In this document: piece by piece, positions 1-7,311 of the stretch
How the letters are laid out: every line of letters starts with the position of its first letter
How positions within the stretch are numbered: the stretch's first letter is position 1
From: a virus
Lineage: Duplodnaviria; Caudoviricetes
Direction: 5' to 3' (one strand)
Virus record (IMG/VR): IMGVR_UViG_3300044833_000104
Span: 1-61,920 of that record
DNA: 61,920 nt
Made by a program: the position numbers and the translations under genes
The notes under the pieces: generated by a model
Seen by the model: only the letters and a program-made list of their open reading frames with translations
The model's database searches: none
What the model was told of the DNA's origin: nothing

Positions 1-127
1 CGGTAAGAGGTGGCGGATATTCCTTCGAACCGAGAAGAACGGTAAGCCCGTCTTCCTCCCCATCCCCGACGAGATGAAACGGGCGCTCGATATCGTACCG
101 GTGCCCCGAGGATGCAAGGGAGAATCG
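1..127. repeat. Terminal direct repeat copy 1 (circular-assembly overlap)
   Basis: Bases 1-127 are identical to 61794-61920; the integrase frame runs through the junction. Confidence 0.97.
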
Positions 128-448
128 AAACACTTCTTCTGGAATGGTGTTAGTTCTGAGCGCACCATGAAGCATATCGCGGGTCGCGGGCTGCACTCCA
201 TTTTCAGGAGATCGGGGGTGCCAGCGGCACATGCCCATCGCTTCCGGCACACCCTGGCGACGGAGTTGATTGGCGCCGGTGCCAGCTTTGAGGTCGTCGC
301 GGACATCCTCGGGAATTCACCTGATGTCGTGCGGAAGCACTATGCAAAATGGTCACCGGCGCGACAGGTGAACATAGATTCGCTGATGGAGACCGTTCAT
401 TCGACCGCGACCTATACCACAATATCTCCGACTGACAGGGTCCAATGA
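1..448 (+). CDS. int: Tyrosine integrase, C-terminal part (continues from 61096 across the junction; 381 aa in total)
   Basis: HRFRHT (HxxR), VADILGNS and KHY catalytic motifs; in frame with the ORF starting at 61096. Confidence 0.95.
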   Translation, partial: GKRWRIFLRTEKNGKPVFLPIPDEMKRALDIVPVPRGCKGESKHFFWNGVSSERTMKHIAGRGLHSIFRRSGVPAAHAHRFRHTLATELIGAGASFEVVADILGNSPDVVRKHYAKWSPARQVNIDSLMETVHSTATYTTISPTDRVQ

Positions 449-451
449 GCC

Positions 452-636
452 GGGCACGTTTTGGGCACAGGCAAAAAATAGATCTGCAAGTCTTTGTTTA
501 TCAGCATGTTTACCGGTGGGCGGAGAGGGCCACGAACTTTTTGACGCTTAGCCTTTTCACCAACTTACTGATTTTACTAAGTGCCAGAAATGCAGGAAGT
601 GCAAAAAATGCAACCCGTGGGCACAAATTGGGCACG
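452..636. other. Probable attP region
   Basis: Directly after int. Paired arm-like repeats GGGCACGTTTTGGGCAC (452-468) and GGGCACAAATTGGGCAC (619-635); tRNA 3'-end-like segment on the minus strand (515-537, GTTCGTGGCCCTCTCCGCCCACC); IHF consensus AATCAGTAAGTTG on the minus strand at 561-573. Confidence 0.7.
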
Positions 637-792
637 CTGTTTTGCCGGACCTTCTACATTCACTTTCCGTTTCGTCGTCCACTATTGCCCTCGAAGTTTT
701 CCACATGTCCCTGTGCTTATCTCAATCCTGACCATCGGTTATCTCAATGTCGCCTAGCAAACATAGGGGTTACGTGTCATCAGAGATTCTGC

Positions 793-821
793 TTGTCTTT
801 TCCTGTAAGTGTGGTTACTGT
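793..821 (+). promoter_or_regulatory. Candidate sigma70 promoter of the 920-3493 operon
   Basis: TTGTCT-N17-TACTGT in an AT-rich intergenic region. Confidence 0.35.
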
Positions 822-919
822 GTTGATTCGTCGCACAGTTACCTTTTATGTTTTTCTTGGCCAGCGCCTTTCCCTTCGTAAGCTCTGTGTAGCGCATTCA
901 CGCGCCAAAGGAGCTTTCA

Positions 920-1099
920 GTGAAAACTCGTCTGGCTTTATTCTTCGCCTTTGTTATCGCCATGCTCGCGTCTATGCATATTGCCACGCGCAACTATGTG
1001 CCGGTTCTCGCGCAGTCAGGGCCTCCAGGAGTTCCACCTCCGTGCCCCCCGCTCTGCAACGACAAAGGCAGCCTCAAACCTGTGCCGCACAAGAAGTAG
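920..1099 (+). CDS. Small secreted Pro/Cys-rich peptide precursor, 59 aa (not in the ORF track)
   Basis: AAGGAG RBS at 908-913 and GTG start; MKTRLALFFAFVIAMLASMHIATRNYVPVLA-QSGPPGVPPPCPPLCNDKGSLKPVPHKK; basic N-terminus, hydrophobic core, VLA/Q cleavage-like site. Confidence 0.8.
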   Translation: MKTRLALFFAFVIAMLASMHIATRNYVPVLAQSGPPGVPPPCPPLCNDKGSLKPVPHKK

Positions 1100-1106
1100 A
1101 TCTCTC

Positions 1107-1136
1107 GCAAGGCGCTTCCGTATGGGGGCGCCTTGC
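1107..1136 (+). promoter_or_regulatory. Stem-loop between the peptide gene and the 7-TM gene, covering the downstream start codon
   Basis: GCAAGGCGCTTCC-GTAT-GGGGGCGCCTTGC, 13-bp stem with two GU pairs, no U-tract; TTG at 1133 lies in the 3' arm. Confidence 0.7.
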
Positions 1137-1882
1137 ATAGCCATATCTCCCATCCCCAGTTCATCCTCTGGCTGAGCGTCCTATCCGGGCAAACCCTCGT
1201 CGGAACAGTAGCCATGCTGCGACGTAATCGTATCTTGGCGCTCTATGTGGGGGTCGAGGTGGTGAATTCCCTCGCTCTTCTGTTCCTGGCCCGTGCAGGC
1301 TCAGCTTTGGCCTACTACAAAGGCTTTGTCGCGGGGACCACCGTCGACTATGCGGCGATGGCAATTCTCGTTGCCATGATCTATGGCACTATCCGCCAGA
1401 CCGGAATACCCAGCAAGCACCACGGCATTCTTCTTCAGATTCTTGCCGGGGGGCTCGCCGCCGTAGCGATCTTCGCCGCACCCTTCCCTCTTCAAACCAT
1501 CGCCCATCCTCAGTGGCGTACAGTGCTGGCGCTTGACCGGGTTGTCTTCAACTGGCTTGCGCTCCTCCTGTCCGTCGCCCCGTTTTACGCATGGATGATC
1601 GACGCTGCCAAAGATACCCGGCTGCTGCTGATCTACCTTGGCCTCGCGGTCTATGTCGCAGTCCATCTCCAGGCGTTGGACCTCGCTATTGCAAATCACT
1701 TTCGCTTCGCCAATCTCGGCGATTTTGCCTATTTTCTATCCCTTGTCCTGTGGTGCTGTTCCTCATTCTTCCAACCTGCTACTCATCAGTGGGACCCCGC
1801 AAAGACGGAGTTACTGAAGGAAGCACTTCGCCGCAAGCGGAGATCCCTTTACGAACAATCCACGCTAAGAAAGGTTTTTTAG
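1133..1882 (+). CDS. Polytopic (about 7 TM) membrane protein, putative peptide receptor
   Basis: About seven hydrophobic segments followed by a basic soluble C-terminal tail. Confidence 0.75.
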   Translation: MHSHISHPQFILWLSVLSGQTLVGTVAMLRRNRILALYVGVEVVNSLALLFLARAGSALAYYKGFVAGTTVDYAAMAILVAMIYGTIRQTGIPSKHHGILLQILAGGLAAVAIFAAPFPLQTIAHPQWRTVLALDRVVFNWLALLLSVAPFYAWMIDAAKDTRLLLIYLGLAVYVAVHLQALDLAIANHFRFANLGDFAYFLSLVLWCCSSFFQPATHQWDPAKTELLKEALRRKRRSLYEQSTLRKVF

Positions 1883-1885
1883 ACC

Positions 1886-2413
1886 ATGAATTCGATCTAT
1901 TCCGGAGCAGCAACTCTCCTGGCCGGAGCTGGGACCCTTAGTACCCTTGGCACCTTAGTCTTCCTTCACCGCGGAACCGACCCGTCTATCGAGTCCATCC
2001 TCGAATCTACTCGCCACCTTTCGCCTTCGGGCGAAGCCGCCCTGCAGGAGGTTGCCGAAGAAAAGCTTCTGGCAGACAAACTGCTGGCTCCTGTCGAACT
2101 ATCCAAGGGCGACCGATCGACCATCTTTTGGAACTCGCGGATTTTTCTCTGTCTGGCGAATTGTATGCGACATAAATACCCCGAGGATCGCGAGCTCTTG
2201 GCAATATTTGGGGACTTTCAGCGCGATCACACCAGAATCAAATGCCTCATATTCCTTTCCTTTGTTGAGCAGGTTATTGGTAAACTTGGCGTCTGCCAGA
2301 TTTCGGAGTATCACCGTAAGCTTTTAGAGACATACGGGGATGAACTGGATCTCCTCGGCCTGATATCAGAAAAATGTGGACCGGAAGGGACCGCCATACA
2401 AGCGCTCTTATGA
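1886..2413 (+). CDS. Hypothetical protein with N-terminal membrane anchor and helical soluble domain
   Basis: Starts 3 nt after the 7-TM gene; hydrophobic N-terminal 28 aa. Confidence 0.7.
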   Translation: MNSIYSGAATLLAGAGTLSTLGTLVFLHRGTDPSIESILESTRHLSPSGEAALQEVAEEKLLADKLLAPVELSKGDRSTIFWNSRIFLCLANCMRHKYPEDRELLAIFGDFQRDHTRIKCLIFLSFVEQVIGKLGVCQISEYHRKLLETYGDELDLLGLISEKCGPEGTAIQALL

Positions 2414-2781
2414 CTACAGATTCACGCGAAGGACTGCGAAAGCTGATTGAGGACCTGGAAGAACAGCTACGTCCACTGAAAAAGACGCTTGCGACCCTGG
2501 ATAAGCTTGCTGCTGCCCGCAATATCCCCCTGTCGGAAGAGTCGCGGTATGCCAATATGCGCCCGGTAAACGTGGCCAAGGACATCCTCAAAGAACGAGG
2601 CGAGAAGATACCAGAGGATGAACTTATAAAGACGCTTGTCGATGGCGGGATTACCTTAGGCAAAAAGCGTGGGATTTACAACGTCAGTGTCGGGTTTCGC
2701 ATTGCCTACAAAGCCGGGACGTTGACCGTTGAGGGTAAGAACAGACTCGTCGGCCTGCCCGAGTGGTCTAAGAAGAAGTGA
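2410..2781 (+). CDS. Coiled-coil plus winged-helix-like DNA-binding protein (repressor candidate)
   Basis: ATGA overlap with the upstream stop; heptad segment LRKLIEDLEEQLRPLKKTL followed by a wHTH-like pattern (VAKDILKERGEKIPEDELIKTL...GTLTVEGKNRLVGLPEW). Confidence 0.55.
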   Translation: MTTDSREGLRKLIEDLEEQLRPLKKTLATLDKLAAARNIPLSEESRYANMRPVNVAKDILKERGEKIPEDELIKTLVDGGITLGKKRGIYNVSVGFRIAYKAGTLTVEGKNRLVGLPEWSKKK

Positions 2782-2812
2782 CATACGACTGAAGGTTCGG
2801 GAAGGACACTCA

Positions 2813-3493
2813 ATGGGCATAAACAGATTGGTTGTGTTGATCATCTGCAGTGCTGGGCTGACCTTTGCACAGATGCCTGACCCAGTAAATGTCCCGTTTT
2901 CCTTCAAGGGCAATAGTCTGGGAATGACGCTGCAAGCCTTCAAGGCTTCCAATAACCAGGGCCAGGTCTGGATAGCATGGGGACCCACTAACTGGCGAGG
3001 TAAAGCAAAAAAAGAGAACCAAAAGCAGGTTCCGACTCCGCTTTGTACGGATGATTACCCGAGCCTCGCAGGTGGTTTGTCACCTGGTGAGGTGTTTTGC
3101 AATCCCGATCCAGCAGAGACTAACCCTCAAGCGCGAACCGTCGCAGGCCTCCTCTTGCCGGGCATCAGTTACTACTTCTACAACGACAAGCTGTATAAAA
3201 TCGAGATGCGCTTTGCTGCCCGGAACTACGCCGTTATTGGAGCGGCGTTTAAGGACAAATATGGCCCTGAACCGGATCGCATTGAATCTCAGTATCAGAA
3301 CGGCTTTGGTGCACACTGGGTCGGCGAGTCTCTTTTCTGGAAACGAGGCACGCAGGCGGTCCTTCTCTATGAAGGATCGCAGAACGGTCCGGGTCAAGAC
3401 CAATACAGCGACATAGGGTCATCGACTGCTACCTTTTCGGATAGCGCCCTCGCGCCTCCTCCTGTCAAACCTCACGGCAGGTCTGACTTCTAG
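2813..3493 (+). CDS. Secreted/periplasmic hypothetical protein
   Basis: GAAGGA RBS; signal peptide MGINRLVVLIICSAGLTFA-Q. Confidence 0.7.
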   Translation: MGINRLVVLIICSAGLTFAQMPDPVNVPFSFKGNSLGMTLQAFKASNNQGQVWIAWGPTNWRGKAKKENQKQVPTPLCTDDYPSLAGGLSPGEVFCNPDPAETNPQARTVAGLLLPGISYYFYNDKLYKIEMRFAARNYAVIGAAFKDKYGPEPDRIESQYQNGFGAHWVGESLFWKRGTQAVLLYEGSQNGPGQDQYSDIGSSTATFSDSALAPPPVKPHGRSDF

Positions 3494-3518
3494 CCCCGGC
3501 GGGTGACCGGGCGAACAG

Positions 3519-3546
3519 AAACCCCTCCGGAGAGGGGTTTTGCTTT
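3519..3546. terminator. Intrinsic terminator, probably bidirectional
   Basis: AAACCCCTC-CGGA-GAGGGGTTT followed by TGCTTT; T-rich tail also on the minus strand. Confidence 0.8.
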
Positions 3547-3720
3547 GTGCGGGCTGGGCTCGATACCAACTGGCCTCTCTCGGTTGTTTCAGACGGTTCT
3601 AGTGGGGCCATCCGCCGTCGAATGCATGTCCGTCCACGCTGCCACACAAACTCAATCTTTGGTGCCAGCCGCTCCCCGTGGTTGAGTTCCCGCTTGGGCG
3701 AGACACGGGAAGCGGCTGGC
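3544..3720 (-). ncRNA. Candidate structured RNA: tRNA-like cloverleaf (3650-3544) preceded by a 17-bp hairpin (3720-3664)
   Basis: Minus strand: closing stem TTTGTGTGG/CCGCACAAA, D-like arm GCGTG-GACGGA-CATGC, central arm TTCGACGG/CCGTC(T)GAA, T-like arm GTTGG-TATCGAGC-CCAGC; GU pairs favour the minus strand. Confidence 0.55.
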
Positions 3721-3792
3721 TGGCTCGACCCTAGCGGGGAGCTCAGAACATACATTAGCACCTCCAGGTCGTTTTCTATTCGCGACATAGAA

Positions 3793-3834
3793 CGACATAA
3801 TTATGTTGACTTAAATAAATCGCAGGAATAGGGT
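3793..3834 (+). promoter_or_regulatory. Early rightward promoter with overlapping palindromic operator
   Basis: CGACATAATTATGTTG (3793-3808) overlaps TTGACT-N17-TAGGGT (3806-3834); extra half-site CGACATA at 3783. Confidence 0.75.
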
Positions 3835-3864
3835 GTCTTCAACGACTTGTTGAGGGTCGCGAAG

Positions 3865-4080
3865 ATGCCAAAATTCCTATCTATAGTCAGGGTTCACTGG
3901 AACCCCCGCATGAGCAGCAAGCGCCTGAAAGAGCTGCTCAACACCCCAAACATCCACGAAGACGATGAGGACGCCATCCTTGGCGAACTCCAAATGCGGG
4001 ACGCTGAAGAGCTTCCGTACGACTATCCGTGCCTCGACTACTCCCTTCAGCGGCACGAAGCCATGGGAGGCCCGCGATGA
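3865..4080 (+). CDS. Hypothetical protein (start uncertain)
   Basis: First ORF after the promoter; ATGA overlap with the next gene. Confidence 0.5.
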   Translation: MPKFLSIVRVHWNPRMSSKRLKELLNTPNIHEDDEDAILGELQMRDAEELPYDYPCLDYSLQRHEAMGGPR

Positions 4081-4319
4081 GCGTAGACCTCCGCACGCTT
4101 CCGCCGGTGGGATACAAGCCCGGTACCAATCAGCCGATCTTCTCTACAATCCCGCCCGAGCAGCGCGCCAAGTGGCTGCAGAGATGGGCGCAGATGGACG
4201 CCGAAGGCAAAGAGGCGCGGCACTACACCCGCTATGAGTGGGATCTGCGCAAAACTTTCACCGAACTTGAGACGCGTGAGGAGCAGCTAGACGCGTGCAT
4301 ACGAAAGGGGCACCAATGA
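4077..4319 (+). CDS. Hypothetical protein
   Basis: GGAGG RBS; coupled by ATGA overlaps on both sides. Confidence 0.6.
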   Translation: MSVDLRTLPPVGYKPGTNQPIFSTIPPEQRAKWLQRWAQMDAEGKEARHYTRYEWDLRKTFTELETREEQLDACIRKGHQ

Positions 4320-4519
4320 TGACCTTGCCTTGGGCTCCAAACCCGAACAAATGCTCCGAGTGCAAAGGCATTGGCTTAGTTGTGCGCCAGGTCCCCTGCG
4401 ACCTCTATACCAACGGCTTCGCTACTGTCGCCGCCACTTGCCCTACCTGTCTTGGATCGGGCCGCAATATGCCCTTGCCGGTGGACGTCAAGCTCCTGGC
4501 TGCCGGGGGTGAGCGATGA
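4316..4519 (+). CDS. Small zinc-finger protein (CxxCxGxG repeats)
   Basis: CSECKGIG and CPTCLGSG. Confidence 0.6.
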   Translation: MMTLPWAPNPNKCSECKGIGLVVRQVPCDLYTNGFATVAATCPTCLGSGRNMPLPVDVKLLAAGGER

Positions 4520-4688
4520 TCAACACGGCTACATACCCCACACTCGCCTCCCAGCCTCCCGCGCAGCAGCCCAACACCCGCGATGCTGCCGTCAACCGCG
4601 CCTTCCCTTGTGCAGCCTGCAAGGGAGCAGGGAGCTGTTCTGTTTGCATGACCCTCTACACCGAAAGCACCTACGAGGACCGCGACCG

Positions 4689-4889
4689 ATGAGCCTCTCA
4701 CTCTCCATTCGACCTACCGATACAGGCGTCTCCATCGAACTCATGGGAATCATCCGCGTTTGCAAGCACTGCCGGATGCCGATACTGCGTGATTTCTTTG
4801 GCTGGAGTCACCCGGAAAACGGCGGCTTCTCCTGGTGCAACATGAGCGACGACAGCGAAGCCAAAGCAGAACCGGCGGTGGCGGCATGA
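4689..4889 (+). CDS. Hypothetical protein
   Basis: Coupled start; CKHC motif; ends in an overlap with the next gene. Confidence 0.5.
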   Translation: MSLSLSIRPTDTGVSIELMGIIRVCKHCRMPILRDFFGWSHPENGGFSWCNMSDDSEAKAEPAVAA

Positions 4890-5074
4890 CACCTGCACAG
4901 CAAATAGCCGGATACCTCAAACTCACCCGCGCCCACTACTACCTCAATGGCCGCCACAGCCCCAGCCCATGCCTAGCTCTGCGGAGTCTCATCGCTTTCG
5001 AGATGGAGTCGGAAATCCTGTTTATAGCGATCGACCTCAAGAACTTTTTGGAATATGACGAGGTGGCGGCATGA
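4886..5074 (+). CDS. Hypothetical protein
   Basis: ATGA-coupled. Confidence 0.5.
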   Translation: MTPAQQIAGYLKLTRAHYYLNGRHSPSPCLALRSLIAFEMESEILFIAIDLKNFLEYDEVAA

Positions 5075-5478
5075 ACTACACAATCTATCGCGGTAGTTGG
5101 CGGCGCGGCGGCGACCGTCAAGAGCTAACAGCAGATTTAGGCGACACCTCGCTATACCAAGCCAGAACGAAAATGATGTGCTGTCTGGGCCAGTGCGCCT
5201 TTGAGCTAGGCGTTTCTCTCGAAAAGCTAGAGGATGTTGGCGAGCCAGCGGACGTTTGTGACGAAGAAGATGCCCTCATATTCGGCCGCCTCCTAAACGA
5301 CGAAGAAGATTGGGGAAGGCAGAGCAAATTCTCTAATGAAGCCATTGGGATAAACGACAACGAAGCAATCACCGATAAGCTACGCGAAGAGCTCCTGACC
5401 AAGCTTGCTGTAAATCATGGCCATACGGTGACGTTCGTTGACGGGGTCGCGCCTTGGTTCGCGGAGGTTGCGGCATGA
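5071..5478 (+). CDS. Hypothetical phage protein
   Basis: GAGGTG RBS; ATGA-coupled; CCLG motif. Confidence 0.65.
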   Translation: MNYTIYRGSWRRGGDRQELTADLGDTSLYQARTKMMCCLGQCAFELGVSLEKLEDVGEPADVCDEEDALIFGRLLNDEEDWGRQSKFSNEAIGINDNEAITDKLREELLTKLAVNHGHTVTFVDGVAPWFAEVAA

Positions 5479-5678
5479 CCAACCTCTACGGCATGAACGA
5501 CTACTACCGATCCGGCCCGCACGAACCTGACACCCGCGATGACTATGACTCACTGCGCGACGAACCGGAGTGCTGCAACCCTAACTCCGCAACCAGCGAA
5601 GCCAATAGAGAGCAAACACAGAGAGCCAGCAATGTAGCTTGGCGGGCACGCCTGGAGGCCACTCGTGCACAGCAATAG
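5475..5678 (+). CDS. Hypothetical protein
   Basis: GGAGGT RBS; ATGA-coupled. Confidence 0.55.
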   Translation: MTNLYGMNDYYRSGPHEPDTRDDYDSLRDEPECCNPNSATSEANREQTQRASNVAWRARLEATRAQQ

Positions 5679-5973
5679 CAACTGGGGCGGCATCTGTGGT
5701 GCAGGCTTCCTCATCGTTCTCTGTGCGGCGATCCTGTGGGCCTCAGAGCATGAGCCGCAGATACTTGCCCTCCTCGAACGTGTGACCAACATGCTCCCAC
5801 CCAAAGGGGACGACTATGACACCTTCTAACCTCGCCCTCGGGCTTATTGCCATCGGTGCCGTGATGGTGGCCCTCATCCTTGTCGGCCTCGCCTCCGTGG
5901 CGTTGGACATTGCCCGCGTGTTCCGCAGAAGGAAGGTCCGCTGATGAAGAGGAAACGCACGAAAGATGCCGTA

Positions 5974-6294
5974 ATGAGTGGGTTTACGCAAGGACCATGG
6001 CAGTTCAACCCTGAGCGCGGCGATATCACAGCGCCGAGCGTCCCGAAAGAGTCCTCCCGCTTAGGTCGCGGGGATGATCGTGACGAAATTTGGAATTACT
6101 ACGGGGGCGAGCTTGTGGCTGAGACGGTTTCGGCATGTGACGGGCCGCTGCTCACCGCCGCGCTGGAACTCTATCAAGCCCTGCGGGCTCTGCGCTCCTT
6201 CATGTGGGCTCAAGGGTACGCGGACCAAACAGCGGAAATGGCGCAAGCAGATGCGGCGATCGCGAAAGTTGAGGCCCGGAGTAAGGCGGGATAG
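5974..6294 (+). CDS. Hypothetical phage protein (xTPGPW...AAPEL-type small family)
   Basis: FTQGPW N-terminus, LLTAALELYQALR, ADAAIAKVE C-terminus; resembles 10785-11102. Confidence 0.65.
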   Translation: MSGFTQGPWQFNPERGDITAPSVPKESSRLGRGDDRDEIWNYYGGELVAETVSACDGPLLTAALELYQALRALRSFMWAQGYADQTAEMAQADAAIAKVEARSKAG

Positions 6295-6299
6295 ACATT

Positions 6300-6380
6300 G
6301 ACATGGCGCGGCATAGCTTGGCATGGCACGGCTGGGCGCGGTATGGCGTGACAAGGGTTCCCGCTCTCAGGAGCGGGGGC
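6300..6380 (+). ncRNA. GGY-NN pentamer array 1 plus 3' hairpin (candidate guide RNA)
   Basis: GACAT GGCGC GGCAT AGCTT GGCAT GGCAC GGCTG GGCGC GGTAT GGCGT GACAA GG, then GTTCCCGCTC-TCAG-GAGCGGGGGC. Confidence 0.75.
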
Positions 6381-6421
6381 AAAACAAAAACGAACAAGAC
6401 CAACAAAGGAGAAATCGCACA

Positions 6422-7036
6422 ATGTACAAAACTCTAAATCGCACACTAACTGGCATCTCACCGATTCTTTTACACAACGGTCGGCTGGCAAACCCGCTCG
6501 ACCCAATGTCGAAGGCAATGAAGGAAGTAAGCGCTAAAAAGAAAAAGACCGATGACGACCACAAACTGATGTCAGACATTGAGTGGCTCGGTTCAATCTA
6601 CACAGCGAGCGAAATCAACGTGACAATTCGCGGCTATAACGTTGCCGTCAAGTGCGACGGACCTGTCTGCATACCGGGCGACAACATCTCATCCATGCTC
6701 GCACTTGCAGGTGCAAAGTCGCGCCGGAAACAAGCATTCACGGCTGGCGTGTTGGTGGATGGCGATTTCCCCTTGCAATACTCCGGCCCCTCAACTCTCG
6801 CAGAGTTGTTTGCGAAGCCCGCATATCGATACATCAAGGGCTGCCGAATCGGCCAGTCGCGTGTCATGCGAACGCGGCCAATTTTCCGTTCGTGGAGTTT
6901 ACAAATTGCAATTCAGTATCTGTCGGATTTGTTGAATCCGAATGAGGTTGATGAAGCATTGACGCTTGCAGGCGCACAGATTGGCTTGTGTGACTATCGC
7001 CCGAGGTATGGACGGTTCTCGGTGCAAGCCGCATAA
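6422..7036 (+). CDS. Stand-alone RAMP/Cas7-like protein (Vipr-like), 204 aa
   Basis: AAGGAG RBS; RAMP-like motifs LTGISPILLH, VCIPGDNISSML, RTRPIFRSW and a C-terminal Gly-rich loop AGAQIGLCDYRPRYGRF; flanked by pentamer arrays. Confidence 0.75.
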   Translation: MYKTLNRTLTGISPILLHNGRLANPLDPMSKAMKEVSAKKKKTDDDHKLMSDIEWLGSIYTASEINVTIRGYNVAVKCDGPVCIPGDNISSMLALAGAKSRRKQAFTAGVLVDGDFPLQYSGPSTLAELFAKPAYRYIKGCRIGQSRVMRTRPIFRSWSLQIAIQYLSDLLNPNEVDEALTLAGAQIGLCDYRPRYGRFSVQAA

Positions 7037-7049
7037 AAAGCCTTTTCAG

Positions 7050-7170
7050 GGTGAGGCAGGGCAGGGCAAGGCGTGGTCCGGTTTGGCAGGGCGAGGTGCG
7101 GCGGGGTTAGGTATGGCAAGGGCTGTTGCATCTTCCGAGATGCCGTAAGTTCCCCGTCCGAAAGGGCGGG
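7050..7170 (+). ncRNA. GGY-NN pentamer array 2 plus two 3' hairpins (candidate guide RNA)
   Basis: 14 of 14 perfect GGY-NN units at 7050-7119, then GCATCT-TCCG-AGATGC and CCCGTCC-GAAA-GGGCGGG. Confidence 0.8.
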
Positions 7171-7190
7171 ACACATTAGAAGTTTTGTTG

Positions 7191-7287
7191 GGCAACGCAC
7201 GGCAGTGCAGGGCGTGGTTAGGCATGGATGGGCCCGGTCTGGTTCGGCTTGGTATGGCAAGGAGTTCGCATCCTCCGGGGCGCGAAC
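7191..7287 (+). ncRNA. GGY-NN pentamer array 3 plus 3' hairpin (candidate guide RNA)
   Basis: 14 units at 7191-7260 (11 perfect GGY), ending GGTAT GGCAA GG like array 2, then GTTCGCATCC-TCCG-GGGCGCGAAC. Confidence 0.8.
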
Positions 7288-7311
7288 AAAAATTCTAAGT
7301 AAGAGGTTTCG

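Noticed and set aside
296-345. Integrase LGN instead of LGH as a sign of inactivation
   Set aside because: This position tolerates substitution; R, K, HxxR and Y are intact and the frame is open
515-537. tRNA gene
   Set aside because: Only a degenerate 3' fragment; no canonical tRNA gene was recognised anywhere in the window
445-1140. 231-aa ORF after the integrase
   Set aside because: Runs through attP and overlaps the better-supported peptide gene; composition is not protein-like
4874-5478. Recurrent GGTGGCGGCATGA-like (xVAA-stop) gene junctions, also seen in the leftward arm
   Set aside because: Explained by ordinary RBS plus stop/start translational coupling
6298-6303. TTGACA as a -35 box at the start of array 1
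   Set aside because: No acceptable -10 element 16-18 nt downstream
6300-7290. Pentamer tracts as a CRISPR array or as coding sequence (ORFs 6323 extension, 6966-7148, 6994-7260, 7073-7366)
   Set aside because: No 25-45 bp repeat-spacer units; a 5-nt period does not fit codon structure, and the real gene has its own RBS and ATG at 6422
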